Assembly (NCBI RefSeq): GCF_004104415.1 | Contig: NZ_CP034669.1 | Strand: one strand, 5' to 3' | Length of the DNA: 64,000 nt | Source: Corallococcus coralloides | GTDB lineage: Bacteria; Myxococcota; Myxococcia; Myxococcales; Myxococcaceae | Part shown: positions 17,194-26,738 of the stretch, piece after piece | Layout of the letters: every line of letters begins with the position of its first letter | Position numbering within the stretch: the stretch's first letter is position 1 | The notes under the pieces: generated by a model | Database searches by the model: none | What the model was told of the DNA's origin: nothing | Seen by the model: the letters and a program-made list of their open reading frames with translations, nothing else | Position numbers and translations under genes: made by a program

Positions 17194-18948
17194 CTACCGG
17201 ACCCCGAGTGCGATGAGGGCAAATCCTTCACCACCCAGCTCCACCGCCGCCTTCAGTGTCTCCCCGCCAGCGGAGGCCACGAGCGGCACCACGCGGGGCG
17301 TGAGGTTGCCCACCCAGCCCACCAGGTGCGTGAGGGGCACCGTCACCGGCTGGTCCATGGCCACCGGCACCGAGCGCAGCGGGCCCGTCAGGCTGAGCAG
17401 CACCCGCCCCTGCCCGCGCAGGTGCACCAGGTCCAGGTCCTGCGCCAGGTCCGACGGCACGCGGCCGTTCTCGAAGACGACGGGCTCCTCGAAGGCGAAG
17501 ACGCACGCGTCGCGCAGGTAGACGGACTCGTCGTCCAGGGACACGGCCACCCACTGCCGCCCGGACACGGGCTCCAGGTGCAGCATCCCCTGCCCCCGGG
17601 CGCGCACCATGGCCTGGTCGCCCTCGCCAAAGGGCTTGTCCGTGGCCCGGCCCCGGAAGCGCTTCATCTCCGGCTCGAAGGTGACCTGGCCGCGCACGGC
17701 GATCAGCCCCTCCAGGCGCGTGAGCAGCTCGCCCTCCACCGCGAGCGCCAGGGCGGACGCGCTCAAGGCGAAGGGCTGGCCCGGCGCCGCGCCCGGCAGC
17801 GCCACCGAGGGCACCCACGCGGTGAGCACGGGAGGATTCGAGCCCGTCGCGGCGTCAGGCGAAGCAGGCGGCTCCGCGGACCGGGTCACCTGAAGCGGCT
17901 CGGCGGGCCGGGTCGTGGGGGGCGGCTCGCTCGTGGCCAGCGCGGCGAAGGTCTCCGCGAAGGTGTCGCCGGGCTCCGACTCCAGGTCGGACGCGAGGAC
18001 GGGCGGCTCCTCGGAGACCTCTATCTCCTCCGACACCGGCGTGGGGGGCAGCTCGTCGGCGACCTCGACGTCGGCCCCGGAGGTGTCCGCGTCCGTGGTG
18101 GCGGCGAGCTCCGCGTCTTCCTCGAAGGTGCTCGCGCCAGCGGCGAGGCTGGGGTCCTCGTCCTCCTGGACCTGGACCTGGGGCGCGGCGCGCGAGGCGA
18201 GGGCCTGGTCGTCCGTGGGAGCGGGCGGGCCTTCGTCCTCCGCGAAGAGCAGGTCGTCGTCCGGTGCCTTCGCGGCGGCCTGGGGCGGCGGCGCGGCGGG
18301 GGTGCGAGGAGCGCGGGGCGCCTCATCCAGACCGAACTGGGCCCCCCAGTCGCTCTCGCCGGAAGCGGACGCGGGCAGCGCGGCGGTCTCCTCCTCCTCG
18401 CGAGGACGGGCCGGGGCGGGGGCCGCGGGCGGACGGCTGTAGACCTCTCCGGCGATGGCGCGCGACATCTTCTCCGCCATGGCGTCGCTGCCGGACAGCA
18501 GGAAGTGCTCGCGCGCGCGGCCGTACTCGCCCATCTGGGCGAAGGTCAGGCCCAGGTAGTTGTGGGCCTTCTTGTGGTCCGGGGCCAGGTCGGTGGCGGT
18601 CTCGAACTCGCGCGCGGCGCGCTGGAGCGCGTTCGTCTTCAGGTAGACGAGCCCCAGGTTCACGCGCAGCGTCGGGTCCACCGGGTTGTCCCGCACGAGC
18701 ATCTCGTACAGGTCGGCGGCGCGGTCGAAGAGGCCCAGCTTGAAATACGTCAGGCCCAGGAGGTTCTGGGCCTTCTCGTGGCGAGGCTGGAGCTGGTGCG
18801 CACGCTCCAGGAAGTCCTTCGCTTCGGTGACCTTGCCGGCGCCCAGCAGCTCGCTCCCGCGTTGGAGCTGCTGCTGGAACTCCTCGTCAGCGGGGCCCGG
18901 CGGCTTTGTCCCCTTCGTGCGCGTCGTCATTCTCGGGTGTGGGCTCAC
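17194..18948 (-). CDS. TPR-repeat protein with a long acidic/Pro/Ala-rich disordered linker and a conserved C-terminal domain
   Basis: The N-terminus has TPR motifs (AQNLLGLTYFKLGLFDRAADLYE..., AHNYLGLTFAQMGEYGRA). The middle of about 250 aa is E/D/P/A-rich. The C-terminal roughly 200 aa is globular (GQGMLHLEPVSGRQWVAVSLDDESVYLRD...). The first 20 codons overlap the slt 3' end, so the start may be the downstream ATG (MTTRTKG, 18930). Confidence 0.6.
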   Translation of the reverse strand: MSPHPRMTTRTKGTKPPGPADEEFQQQLQRGSELLGAGKVTEAKDFLERAHQLQPRHEKAQNLLGLTYFKLGLFDRAADLYEMLVRDNPVDPTLRVNLGLVYLKTNALQRAAREFETATDLAPDHKKAHNYLGLTFAQMGEYGRAREHFLLSGSDAMAEKMSRAIAGEVYSRPPAAPAPARPREEEETAALPASASGESDWGAQFGLDEAPRAPRTPAAPPPQAAAKAPDDDLLFAEDEGPPAPTDDQALASRAAPQVQVQEDEDPSLAAGASTFEEDAELAATTDADTSGADVEVADELPPTPVSEEIEVSEEPPVLASDLESEPGDTFAETFAALATSEPPPTTRPAEPLQVTRSAEPPASPDAATGSNPPVLTAWVPSVALPGAAPGQPFALSASALALAVEGELLTRLEGLIAVRGQVTFEPEMKRFRGRATDKPFGEGDQAMVRARGQGMLHLEPVSGRQWVAVSLDDESVYLRDACVFAFEEPVVFENGRVPSDLAQDLDLVHLRGQGRVLLSLTGPLRSVPVAMDQPVTVPLTHLVGWVGNLTPRVVPLVASAGGETLKAAVELGGEGFALIALGVR

Positions 18949-19576
18949 GGCTGCTGGCCTCGGCCTGGGCGAGCCGCTCGCGCTCCTTGTAGTGTTGGTA
19001 GAGCTGGAGGACCTTGCGCACGTATCCCTGCGTCTCTGCGTACGGCGGCACCTGGCCTCCGTACTTCTTCACCGCGTCCGGTCCAGCGTTGTACGCGGCG
19101 ACCATCTTCACCATGTCGCCGTCGAACATGTTGGCCAGCACGCGCAGGTAGCGCACGCCGCCCTCGATGTTTTCCTTCGAGTCGAAGATGTCCTTCACGT
19201 ACATGTCCGACGCGGTGCCCGGCATGAGCTGCATCAGCCCGCTGGCGCCCTTGTGGCTGAGCGCGTTCGGGTTGAAGTTGCTCTCCGTGTGCATGATGGC
19301 GCGCACCAGCGCCGGCGGGATGCGGTAGCGCAGCGCCGCGGTGGTGATGTGCGGATCCAGCTCCGCGGGCGTCCGCGAGCGGCCCCGCACGGGCGCGGAC
19401 CTGGCCGGCGCGGGCGTGAAGGTCCCGGACAGCTTGCGGGCCTTGCGCGCGCCTCCGGGCGGCACGTTCGTGTAGACGATGGTGCCGTCCTTCTCCACGT
19501 AGCTGTAGATGCCGTCCGAGGCGGCGGCCGGGAGGGCGGCGGTCAGCAGGACGACGAGGGCGGTCAGGACACGCAT
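18887..19576 (-). CDS. Lytic transglycosylase (SLT domain) with a signal peptide
   Basis: The signal peptide is MRVLTALVVLLTAALPAAAS. The SLT catalytic region is AIMHTESNFNPNALSHKGASGLMQLMPGTA...AAYNAGPDAV. Confidence 0.85.
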   Translation of the reverse strand: MRVLTALVVLLTAALPAAASDGIYSYVEKDGTIVYTNVPPGGARKARKLSGTFTPAPARSAPVRGRSRTPAELDPHITTAALRYRIPPALVRAIMHTESNFNPNALSHKGASGLMQLMPGTASDMYVKDIFDSKENIEGGVRYLRVLANMFDGDMVKMVAAYNAGPDAVKKYGGQVPPYAETQGYVRKVLQLYQHYKERERLAQAEASSREPTPENDDAHEGDKAAGPR

Positions 19577-19659
19577 GGCGGCGGTGCGAAACCTTAGACA
19601 ACGCCCGGAAAGTCCTCAAGAAAACGCCTTGTTTCCAGCACTTACCGCCATTAAGCCTG

Positions 19660-21252
19660 TTGGCCATGCCCCATCGGTTTGATTTTCTGGTCATGGGCGG
19701 CGGCGTGGCCGGACTGTCGTTCGCCCTCCAGGCGGCCCGGCACGGCACGGTCGCCGTGCTCACCAAGCGCGAGCGCGGTGAAGGCAACACCGCCTACGCC
19801 CAGGGGGGCATCGCCGGAGTGTTGTCCCCCACGGACACCTTCGACTCGCACATCGATGACACGCTCGTGGCGGGCGCGGGCCTGTGCCACCGCGACGCGG
19901 TGGAGGTGACGGTGCGGGAGGGCCCCGCGCGCCTCAAGGAGCTGGTGGCGCTGGGCGCGGCGTTCGACCAGCGGAGCGGCGAGTTCGACCTCACGCGCGA
20001 GGGGGGCCACTCCGCCCGCCGGATCATCCACGCGGGAGACATCACCGGCCGCGAGGTGCAGCGCGCGCTCTTGGCCGCGTGCGACGCGCAGCCCCACATC
20101 ACCTTCTTCCAGAACACGGCCGCCATCGACCTCATCCTGGACCGGCGTCCGCACACCCCGGCCGGCAGCCGGTGCCTGGGCACGTACGCGCTGATGGAGG
20201 ACGGCTCCATCGAGCGCTTCCTCTCCAAGGTGACGGTGCTGGCCACCGGCGGCGCGGGCAAGGTGTACCTCTACACGTCCAACCCGGACGTCGCGACGGG
20301 TGACGGCGTGGCCATGGCGTACCGCGCGGGCGCGCGCGTGGCGAACATGGAGTTCTACCAGTTCCACCCCACGTGCCTCTTCCACCCGGAGGCCAAGAGC
20401 TTCCTCATCAGCGAAGCGCTGCGCGGCGAGGGCGGCAAGCTGCGGCTCAAGGGCGGCCAGACGTTCATGGACCGCTACCACCCCATGAAGGATCTGGCCC
20501 CGCGCGACGTGGTGGCGCGCGCCATCGACGCGGAGCTCAAGCGCACGGGCAACGACTGCGTCTACCTGGACATGACGCACCTGGGCCGCGCGTACCTCAC
20601 CGAGCGCTTCCCGAACATCTACGCCACCTGCAAGGCCTTCAACATCGACATGGCGGTGCAGCCCATCCCCGTGGTGCCCGCGGCCCACTACCAGTGCGGC
20701 GGCGTGGTGACGGACCTGCACGGGCGCACCAACATCCCGGGCCTCTACGCCATCGGAGAGGTGTCCTGCACGGGCCTGCACGGCGCGAACCGGCTCGCGT
20801 CCAACTCGCTCTTGGAGGGCCTGGTCTTCGGCCACCGCGCGGTGCAGGTGGCGGCGGAGGAGCTGGCGTCGCTGACGCTGCCGAAGGAGGACCCGCCGGC
20901 CTGGGACTCCGGCAGCGCGGTGGACTCCGACGAGAGCGTGGTCGTCACCCACAACTGGGATGAGATCCGCCGGCTGATGTGGAACTACGTGGGCATCGTC
21001 CGCACGGACAAGCGGCTGATGCGCGCGCGGCGGCGGCTGGAGCTCTTGCGCGAGGAGATCCGCGACTACTACTGGCGCTTCAAGGTCACCCGCGACGTCA
21101 TCGAGCTGCGCAACATCGCGGAGGTGGCGCACCTCATCGTGGACTGCGCCAGCCGCCGCAAGGAGAGCCGGGGCCTGCACTACACCCTGGACTATCCCCA
21201 CACGGACGAACACCAGGGCACGCGCGACACCGTCCTTTCGCGGGAGCTGTGA
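19660..21252 (+). CDS. nadB: L-aspartate oxidase
   Basis: The 530-aa ORF has the FAD motif FDFLVMGGGVAGLSFAL...AYAQGGIA and RHSAR...H-P-T regions of the succinate dehydrogenase/fumarate reductase flavoprotein family. The length is typical of NadB. Confidence 0.9.
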   Translation: MAMPHRFDFLVMGGGVAGLSFALQAARHGTVAVLTKRERGEGNTAYAQGGIAGVLSPTDTFDSHIDDTLVAGAGLCHRDAVEVTVREGPARLKELVALGAAFDQRSGEFDLTREGGHSARRIIHAGDITGREVQRALLAACDAQPHITFFQNTAAIDLILDRRPHTPAGSRCLGTYALMEDGSIERFLSKVTVLATGGAGKVYLYTSNPDVATGDGVAMAYRAGARVANMEFYQFHPTCLFHPEAKSFLISEALRGEGGKLRLKGGQTFMDRYHPMKDLAPRDVVARAIDAELKRTGNDCVYLDMTHLGRAYLTERFPNIYATCKAFNIDMAVQPIPVVPAAHYQCGGVVTDLHGRTNIPGLYAIGEVSCTGLHGANRLASNSLLEGLVFGHRAVQVAAEELASLTLPKEDPPAWDSGSAVDSDESVVVTHNWDEIRRLMWNYVGIVRTDKRLMRARRRLELLREEIRDYYWRFKVTRDVIELRNIAEVAHLIVDCASRRKESRGLHYTLDYPHTDEHQGTRDTVLSREL

Positions 21253-21258
21253 GCACCC

Positions 21259-22020
21259 ATGTCCCGTCCGCGCCGCATGTTGGATGACCTCCCCGGCCCC
21301 TCCGGGCTGGGAGACACGCAGGACGACTCGCCACGTGGACAGGGCGGGGACGGGCCGCCCCCGGGCCCCCAGCAGCCCCGGCCCGCGCTGCCCACGCCCT
21401 ACGTCAGCTTCGCCATCATCGCGGGCGCGGTGGTGATGTTCTTCCTCAGCCCGTCGCTGAGCCGGCCGCTCGTGCTGGAGCGAGGGACCTTCCCGGTGGG
21501 GCCGCTGGCGCTCTACGGGCCGTGGGTCCAGGCGGGCGAGTACTGGCGCCTGCTGGGCATGGTGTTCGAGCACGGCGGCGCGATGCACCTGCTCTTCAAC
21601 ATGCTCGCCGTCTATTCGCTGGGCGCGTCGCTGGAGCGCGGCATCGGGAGCCTGAGGTTCCTGGGGCTGTCGCTCGTCACCGCGCTGGGCGGCTCCGCGT
21701 TCGCGCTCTTCTTCAACTTCGACACCGTGACGGTGGGCGCGTCCGGGATGATTCTCGGCTGGGGCGGCGCGATGCTGCCCATCCTCAATCAGCAGGGCCG
21801 CCGGGAGCATCTCTTCTGGCTCCTGCAGGTGGCGGTCATCAGCTTCCTGCCCGGAGTGAGCTGGGCGGGGCACCTGGGCGGCTTCCTCTTCGGCCTGCCC
21901 TGCGGCATGGCGCTGCGCCTGGGCCCGAAGGTCTACTCGCGCGCCATCCCCGTCCTGCTGTTCATCGCCGCGGCGCTGGCCGTGGTCGCCGCCCATCCCG
22001 GGCGCCTTGGAGGCCTTTGA
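21259..22020 (+). CDS. Rhomboid family intramembrane serine protease
   Basis: The multi-TM product has the GxSG motif GASGMILGWGG and a downstream His in AGHLGGFLFG. A Pro-rich cytoplasmic N-terminus precedes six TM segments. Confidence 0.8.
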   Translation: MSRPRRMLDDLPGPSGLGDTQDDSPRGQGGDGPPPGPQQPRPALPTPYVSFAIIAGAVVMFFLSPSLSRPLVLERGTFPVGPLALYGPWVQAGEYWRLLGMVFEHGGAMHLLFNMLAVYSLGASLERGIGSLRFLGLSLVTALGGSAFALFFNFDTVTVGASGMILGWGGAMLPILNQQGRREHLFWLLQVAVISFLPGVSWAGHLGGFLFGLPCGMALRLGPKVYSRAIPVLLFIAAALAVVAAHPGRLGGL

Positions 22021-22022
22021 CG

Positions 22023-22625
22023 ATGGCTGGAACCCCCGTGCGCAGCGTCTGCGTCTTCTGTGGCTCGCGCTCCGGCGTGCGCGCCGGGTACCGCGAGGCC
22101 GCGTCCAGGATGGGCGCCGCGCTGGCGAAGCGGGGCCTGACGCTCGTCTACGGCGGCGCCAGCGTGGGGTTGATGGGCGCGGTGGCGGACGCCGTCATCG
22201 CCAACGGCGGCAAGGCCGTGGGCGTGCTGCCCCACTTCATGGACGCGAAGGAGCTGGCCCACCCGCGGCTGACGGAGCTGCACCGGGTGGACTCCATGCA
22301 CTCGCGCAAGGCGATGATGGCCGAGCGCTCGGACGCCTTCGTCGCCCTGCCCGGCGGCTTCGGCACGCTGGACGAGCTCTTCGAAATCGTCACCTGGGCG
22401 CAGCTGGGCCTGCACAGGAAGCCCATGGGCCTGTTGGACGTGGACGGCTTCTTCCAGCCGCTGCTCGCGATGGCGAAGCAGATGGTGGAGGCGGGCTTCG
22501 TCCCGGAGACGCAGGGCGTGCCCTTCGCGGTGAATGCCTCGCCGGACGCGCTCCTGGACCGCCTGCTCGCGGGGCCCACGATGCCGCTCACGTCGAAGTG
22601 GCTGAAGGACGGCCAGCAGACCTGA
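22023..22625 (+). CDS. LOG family protein (cytokinin riboside 5'-monophosphate phosphoribohydrolase-like, TIGR00730)
   Basis: It was trimmed to the ATG at 22023 (MAGTPVRSVCVFCGSRSG...). Motifs are LVYGGASVGLMGAVA and ALPGGFGTLDELFE. The track ORF has a spurious 5' extension overlapping the rhomboid gene. Confidence 0.85.
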   Translation: MAGTPVRSVCVFCGSRSGVRAGYREAASRMGAALAKRGLTLVYGGASVGLMGAVADAVIANGGKAVGVLPHFMDAKELAHPRLTELHRVDSMHSRKAMMAERSDAFVALPGGFGTLDELFEIVTWAQLGLHRKPMGLLDVDGFFQPLLAMAKQMVEAGFVPETQGVPFAVNASPDALLDRLLAGPTMPLTSKWLKDGQQT

Positions 22626-22645
22626 GGGCCGTCCTTCGCCGCGGT

Positions 22646-23275
22646 TCAGCGCGCGTGGACCTTCAGCGCCGCGTTCCCCAGCGACGAGGCGACGCGGAGC
22701 ATCACCTTCTCGGTGCCTTCCGGGATGACGGGCTGGCCGTCCGCGAACGTCTTGGGGAAGCGCACGCGGTAGCCCACCCAGAAGAGGCTGGCGTACGGGT
22801 AGTAGGCGCGCACGTTGAGGTCCGCCCGGCCCAGGCGGCGGATCTCCATGGGCGTGATTTCACCCGCGGGCGTCACCAGCGCGATCCGCCAGATGCTGTT
22901 GCGGTGGGCGAAGTCGTCGTAGCGGTAGTCGTTGACGTGCACCGCCAGGTAGAACTCGTGGAACTTCGCCGCGTCCGCCTGTTCCTCCGCCAGCAGTTGC
23001 TCCACCTTCGCCGCGGGCAGCGTCTGGAAGATGGCGCGGCGGTGGATGCGGGCCTCGCGGAAGGCGGGCGTCTGGAACGTGGCCCCGGCGAAGACGCGCG
23101 TGTCGAAGCCGTCGTAGATCTCCTTGCGGTCCGAGTACCGGTCCAACACCGCGAGGTAGGCGGACTCCTGCTTGGGGTCATCCAGCGTGGGCGCGGGCTC
23201 ACCGACGACGGGGGGCGCGGTGGAGCAGCCGCCCAGCGCCCCCAGCAGCACCGCGGCCACCAGCAGCCTCCTCAC
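22646..23275 (-). CDS. Lipoprotein of unknown function
   Basis: The signal peptide with lipobox is MRRLLVAAVLLGALGGCS. It is followed by a 190-aa soluble domain. The start overlaps the pyrE stop (ATGA). Confidence 0.6.
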   Translation of the reverse strand: MRRLLVAAVLLGALGGCSTAPPVVGEPAPTLDDPKQESAYLAVLDRYSDRKEIYDGFDTRVFAGATFQTPAFREARIHRRAIFQTLPAAKVEQLLAEEQADAAKFHEFYLAVHVNDYRYDDFAHRNSIWRIALVTPAGEITPMEIRRLGRADLNVRAYYPYASLFWVGYRVRFPKTFADGQPVIPEGTEKVMLRVASSLGNAALKVHAR

Positions 23276-23847
23276 GGGATGAAGTCCTTGCGCGTGAACA
23301 GCGTGGTGAGGCGGTGGCCGGTGGCCTCCACGGCCTCACGTCCGCCCTCCAGCCGGTCCACCAGCGCGAAGGCGCCCAGCACCGTCAGGCCCTCCAGCTT
23401 CGCACGCTCAATCGCCTTGAGCGTGGACGCACCGGTGGTCACCACGTCCTCCACGATGGCCACCGGGGCGCCGGGGCCCAGCGCGGACAGGCCCTCAATC
23501 CACTGGCCGGTGCCGTGGCCCTTGGGCTCCTTGCGCACGATGAACGCGTGCAGGGACTTCTGGCCGCCGCCCTCCAGGAAGCTGGTCAGGCTCACCGCGG
23601 ACGCGAGCGGATCCGCGCCCAGCGTCAGCCCGCCCGCGGCCACCGCGGACGGAGCGTCGCGCCGGATGGCCTCCAGCAGCAGCCGGCCGATGAGGTAGTG
23701 GCCCTCGGCGAGCAGCGCCGTGCGCTTGCAGTCGATGTAGAAGTCCGACTCCTTGCCGGAGGAGAGCACCACGCGCCTGCGCTCGAAGGAGCGCTGCGTG
23801 AGCACCTCCAGGAGCCGGGCGCGGTCGCGTTCGAGCGTTTCCGCCAT
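23272..23847 (-). CDS. pyrE: Orotate phosphoribosyltransferase
   Basis: The 191-aa ORF has the PRPP-binding motif VAIVEDVVTTGASTLKAIE and the OPRTase N-terminal region FYIDCKRTALLAEGH. Confidence 0.9.
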   Translation of the reverse strand: MAETLERDRARLLEVLTQRSFERRRVVLSSGKESDFYIDCKRTALLAEGHYLIGRLLLEAIRRDAPSAVAAGGLTLGADPLASAVSLTSFLEGGGQKSLHAFIVRKEPKGHGTGQWIEGLSALGPGAPVAIVEDVVTTGASTLKAIERAKLEGLTVLGAFALVDRLEGGREAVEATGHRLTTLFTRKDFIP

Positions 23848-23850
23848 GGC

Positions 23851-25185
23851 CTACAGACCCTCCAGGTACGCCACCAGCTGCGCCGAGTAGCGCAGCTGCA
23901 TCAGCAGCTCCGCCTTGCGGGATTCGTCCAGCGCGGCGAACACGTCCGCGAGCAGCGACAGGTCCTGGTTGAGGGCGCCCATGCGCTGCGCGACGTCCAC
24001 CGCCAGCTCGTCCGCGTCGATTTCTTCCTCGACGCCCTCCGGAGCCAGCGACTCCTCGGTGGCGAGCGCCTTCTCCAGCATGTCGCGCACCGGCGCCGTC
24101 AGCCGGCCTTCGGCCTCCAGCGACTCGCGCTTGGCCTGCAGCACGTCGTGCTCCACCGGCGAGGCGTGGATGGCCTCCGCCAGGGACAGCAGGAGCGCGT
24201 CCTCGTCGGACAGCTCCTCGTGCACGCGCACCTGGACCTGGTCGCGCTTGAGGAAGCGCAGCGCCGCCACGCGCCGGAAGCCGCAGATGAGCTGGTAGCG
24301 CTCCTCGCCGCGCGGGCGCACGTCCACCGGGAACAGCTGGCCCAGGCGCGCCAGGTCCGTGGCCAGCTCGGACACGTCGCCCTCGTCCCGCAGGCGGAAG
24401 GTGGTGTCCTCCTCCAGTCGCTCCAGCGGCAACACCATCGACGTCACCTGTCCCATCACGCGCGGCTCGATGGCCTGCGCGTGGGGCTCCCCTTCCGAAG
24501 TCGCCGCGCCGTCGTTGGCGCCCTGTTCCGAACTTTCGCCGGAGCCCGTGGAGCCCGTGGAGCCCGCGTCCTCCTGGCTCGCACGGCTCGCCACGTCCCA
24601 GATGCCGGCGCTCAGCAGCGCGTCGTCCGCGCCCGACACCGGACCGGAGGGCGGCTCCGCCACCACGTCCTTCGCCTCGCCGCCACCGTCGCTGCCCGTG
24701 CCGGAGGCGTCCTGGACGCGCTCACCCGAGGACAGCTCCACGTAGCGGCCGGGGCCGGCAGAGGCCTCCGCGTCCGCCGGGGGGCGGGTGCCCTCGTCCT
24801 GCCCGGCCGCGCCTGCGCCCTCCGGTTCGCCACCGTGGGCAGCGGCTTCGCCCGGCGTCGCGGCGTCCCCGGCGGGCGTCTCCTCTCCGGTGCGGCTCGG
24901 CGACTCGCCGCCCCCGGTGCGCGCCTCCGGCTCACCGGTGGCTCCGGCGGCCGTGCTGGCCTCGGTCGCGCTCGCGGCGGCCTGCCCACCCTCTCCGGGC
25001 AGGTCGGGCTGGGCCCCACCCGCTTCGGCCTGGGGGGCACCTTCCGGCGTCACGTCTCCACTCGCGCCCTCGCCGTGCTTCGGCGCGGACGCGTCAGCCG
25101 CTCCCTCTTGCTGGGACGGCGTTGCGTTCTCCCCAGGTGTGCCCGGCATCCCTTCCTGTCCCTCGGCCCTGTGCTCGGCGTCCAT
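23851..25185 (-). CDS. padC: ParB/Srx-like domain protein with a long disordered G/E/A/T-rich N-terminus (bactofilin-associated PadC-like)
   Basis: About 230 aa of low-complexity N-terminus precede a ParB-type N-terminal domain: [28 protein letters not shown] (GxRR CTP-binding box). The gene lies immediately downstream of three bactofilin genes, as in the M. xanthus bacNOP-padC locus. Confidence 0.75.
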   Translation of the reverse strand: MDAEHRAEGQEGMPGTPGENATPSQQEGAADASAPKHGEGASGDVTPEGAPQAEAGGAQPDLPGEGGQAAASATEASTAAGATGEPEARTGGGESPSRTGEETPAGDAATPGEAAAHGGEPEGAGAAGQDEGTRPPADAEASAGPGRYVELSSGERVQDASGTGSDGGGEAKDVVAEPPSGPVSGADDALLSAGIWDVASRASQEDAGSTGSTGSGESSEQGANDGAATSEGEPHAQAIEPRVMGQVTSMVLPLERLEEDTTFRLRDEGDVSELATDLARLGQLFPVDVRPRGEERYQLICGFRRVAALRFLKRDQVQVRVHEELSDEDALLLSLAEAIHASPVEHDVLQAKRESLEAEGRLTAPVRDMLEKALATEESLAPEGVEEEIDADELAVDVAQRMGALNQDLSLLADVFAALDESRKAELLMQLRYSAQLVAYLEGL

Positions 25186-25246
25186 GGTGGCACCCCCGGT
25201 TGTTCCACCCCCGCGCCGCCGGAAACGACGGCGCGGCGGGCGGGCT

Positions 25247-25954
25247 CTAACGGGACTTCTTCACCACGACCTTCTTCTTCGCGCCAGCACCCATCACGCG
25301 GGGGACGGGCGCGCCGGCACTGCTCGCCTGCTCAGTGGCGGCCGGACGCGGAGGCTCCGGAGCCCGGGTCGCGGCGGGCGGCGGAGGCGGCGGCAGCGGC
25401 TTGGCCGACGGACGGGCCACGACGGTGGCCGGCGCCGACGCGGGCTGCGTGCGCGCGGGAGGCGGGGGCGGCGTCGGGGCGGCGCGCGGCGGGGCGGCCG
25501 GCGGCGTCGGAGGACGCGGCGGGGTGGCGCCCGGACGCACCGTGGGGCGCGTCACCGCCTGGGGGCGGGCCACGGCGGGGCGCTCGGACGGCAGCCGGCC
25601 CGGTTCCACGTCGCCCATGTCCACGCGGCCGCGGAAGCTGGCACCGTCCACGATGATGACGCGGGGGGCGCGGATGTCACCCACCATGCGGCCTTCGCGG
25701 GTGAGCTCCACGCTCTCCGTGGCGTTGATGTTGCCCACCACCACGCCGCTGACGATGGCGTTCTTCACCGCCACGTTGGCCTTCACCACGCCGGACGGCT
25801 CCACGATGAGGGTGCGGCTGAGGGTGAGCTCACCCTCGACGCGCCCGCGGACCGTGAGGTCCTCGTCACCCGTGAGCCGACCGCTGATGAGGATGGAGGG
25901 CCCCACCACGGTGTTGTCGACGGCGTTGCCTGCAAGATCCTTCGCGGTCGCCAC
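25247..25954 (-). CDS. bacP: Bactofilin with a Pro/Ala-rich C-terminal tail
   Basis: The N-terminal DUF583 beta-helical repeat is [25 protein letters not shown]...[38 protein letters not shown]. It is followed by about 110 aa of P/A/T-rich tail ending KKKVVVKK. Confidence 0.85.
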   Translation of the reverse strand: MATAKDLAGNAVDNTVVGPSILISGRLTGDEDLTVRGRVEGELTLSRTLIVEPSGVVKANVAVKNAIVSGVVVGNINATESVELTREGRMVGDIRAPRVIIVDGASFRGRVDMGDVEPGRLPSERPAVARPQAVTRPTVRPGATPPRPPTPPAAPPRAAPTPPPPPARTQPASAPATVVARPSAKPLPPPPPPAATRAPEPPRPAATEQASSAGAPVPRVMGAGAKKKVVVKKSR

Positions 25955-25957
25955 GGA

Positions 25958-26281
25958 TCAGCGCTCCTTCATGTCCATGTCGACGTTGCCCTTGAAGGAG
26001 GCACCGTCGGCGATGAGGATGCGCGGGGCCTTGATGTCGCCCACCACGCGGCAGTCCGTCTTCAGCTCGACCTTGTCGCTGGCGGCGATGTTGCCCGTCA
26101 CGCGGCCGGCGATCTCCACGTTCTGCGTCTCGATGTCCGCCTCGACGACGCCCGAGCCCTCCACGTAGAGGCTCTCCTTGAGGGAGATCTTCCCCTTCAC
26201 GGTGCCCTGGATGACCAGGTCCTCGTCCCCGGAAATCTCCCCGTCGATGACGATGCTCGAGCCAATGATCGTATTCGCCAT
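25958..26281 (-). CDS. bacO: Bactofilin
   Basis: The 107-aa ORF is composed of bactofilin repeats (IVIDGEISGDEDLVIQGTVKGKISL...VTGNIAASDKVELKTDCRVVGDIKAPRILIADGASFKG). Confidence 0.85.
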   Translation of the reverse strand: MANTIIGSSIVIDGEISGDEDLVIQGTVKGKISLKESLYVEGSGVVEADIETQNVEIAGRVTGNIAASDKVELKTDCRVVGDIKAPRILIADGASFKGNVDMDMKER

Positions 26282-26343
26282 GAGTGTGTCCGCCTTCTCG
26301 AAGCTGTGCGCCTGGGGGGCCGTGGGTCGGTCCCCGGTGGATG

Positions 26344-26685
26344 CTAGATGTCGTCCGGCAACTTCACGTCCATCTCGATGGAGCCGTTGAACACGGCACC
26401 ATCCTCGATGACGACCCGCGGGGCCTTGATGTCGCCCGCGACCTTCGCCGAGGCGTTGATGGCCACGCGCGTGGAGGCGTCGATGTTGCCGCTCGCCTCG
26501 CCGTTGATGGTCAGTTCCTCGGCGCGGATGTCCGCCTGCACCTTGCCGGTGCCTTCGATGGTGAGGTGGTTCTTCAGGGCGATCTGCCCCTCCACACGCC
26601 CTTCGATGACCAGGTCCCCTCCGCCCGTGAGGTTGCCCCTGATGACGATGCCCTTGCCAATGATGCCCGTTTCACCCTGTGCCAT
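26344..26685 (-). CDS. bacN: Bactofilin
   Basis: The 113-aa ORF has bactofilin repeats (IVIRGNLTGGGDLVIEGRVEGQIAL...ASGNIDASTRVAINASAKVAGDIKAPRVVIEDGAVFNG). Confidence 0.85.
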   Translation of the reverse strand: MAQGETGIIGKGIVIRGNLTGGGDLVIEGRVEGQIALKNHLTIEGTGKVQADIRAEELTINGEASGNIDASTRVAINASAKVAGDIKAPRVVIEDGAVFNGSIEMDVKLPDDI

Positions 26686-26738
26686 GAGGTGATCCTCGCC
26701 AGCGCCTGCTCCAGTGGGAGCGGGGCGACCTGATTATG

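Noticed and set aside
23314-25656. 780-aa plus-strand ORF spanning the pyrE/padC/bacP region
   Set aside because: It is antisense to three well-supported minus-strand genes. It is Arg/Ala/Gly-rich and crosses gene boundaries that carry real stop codons on the other strand.
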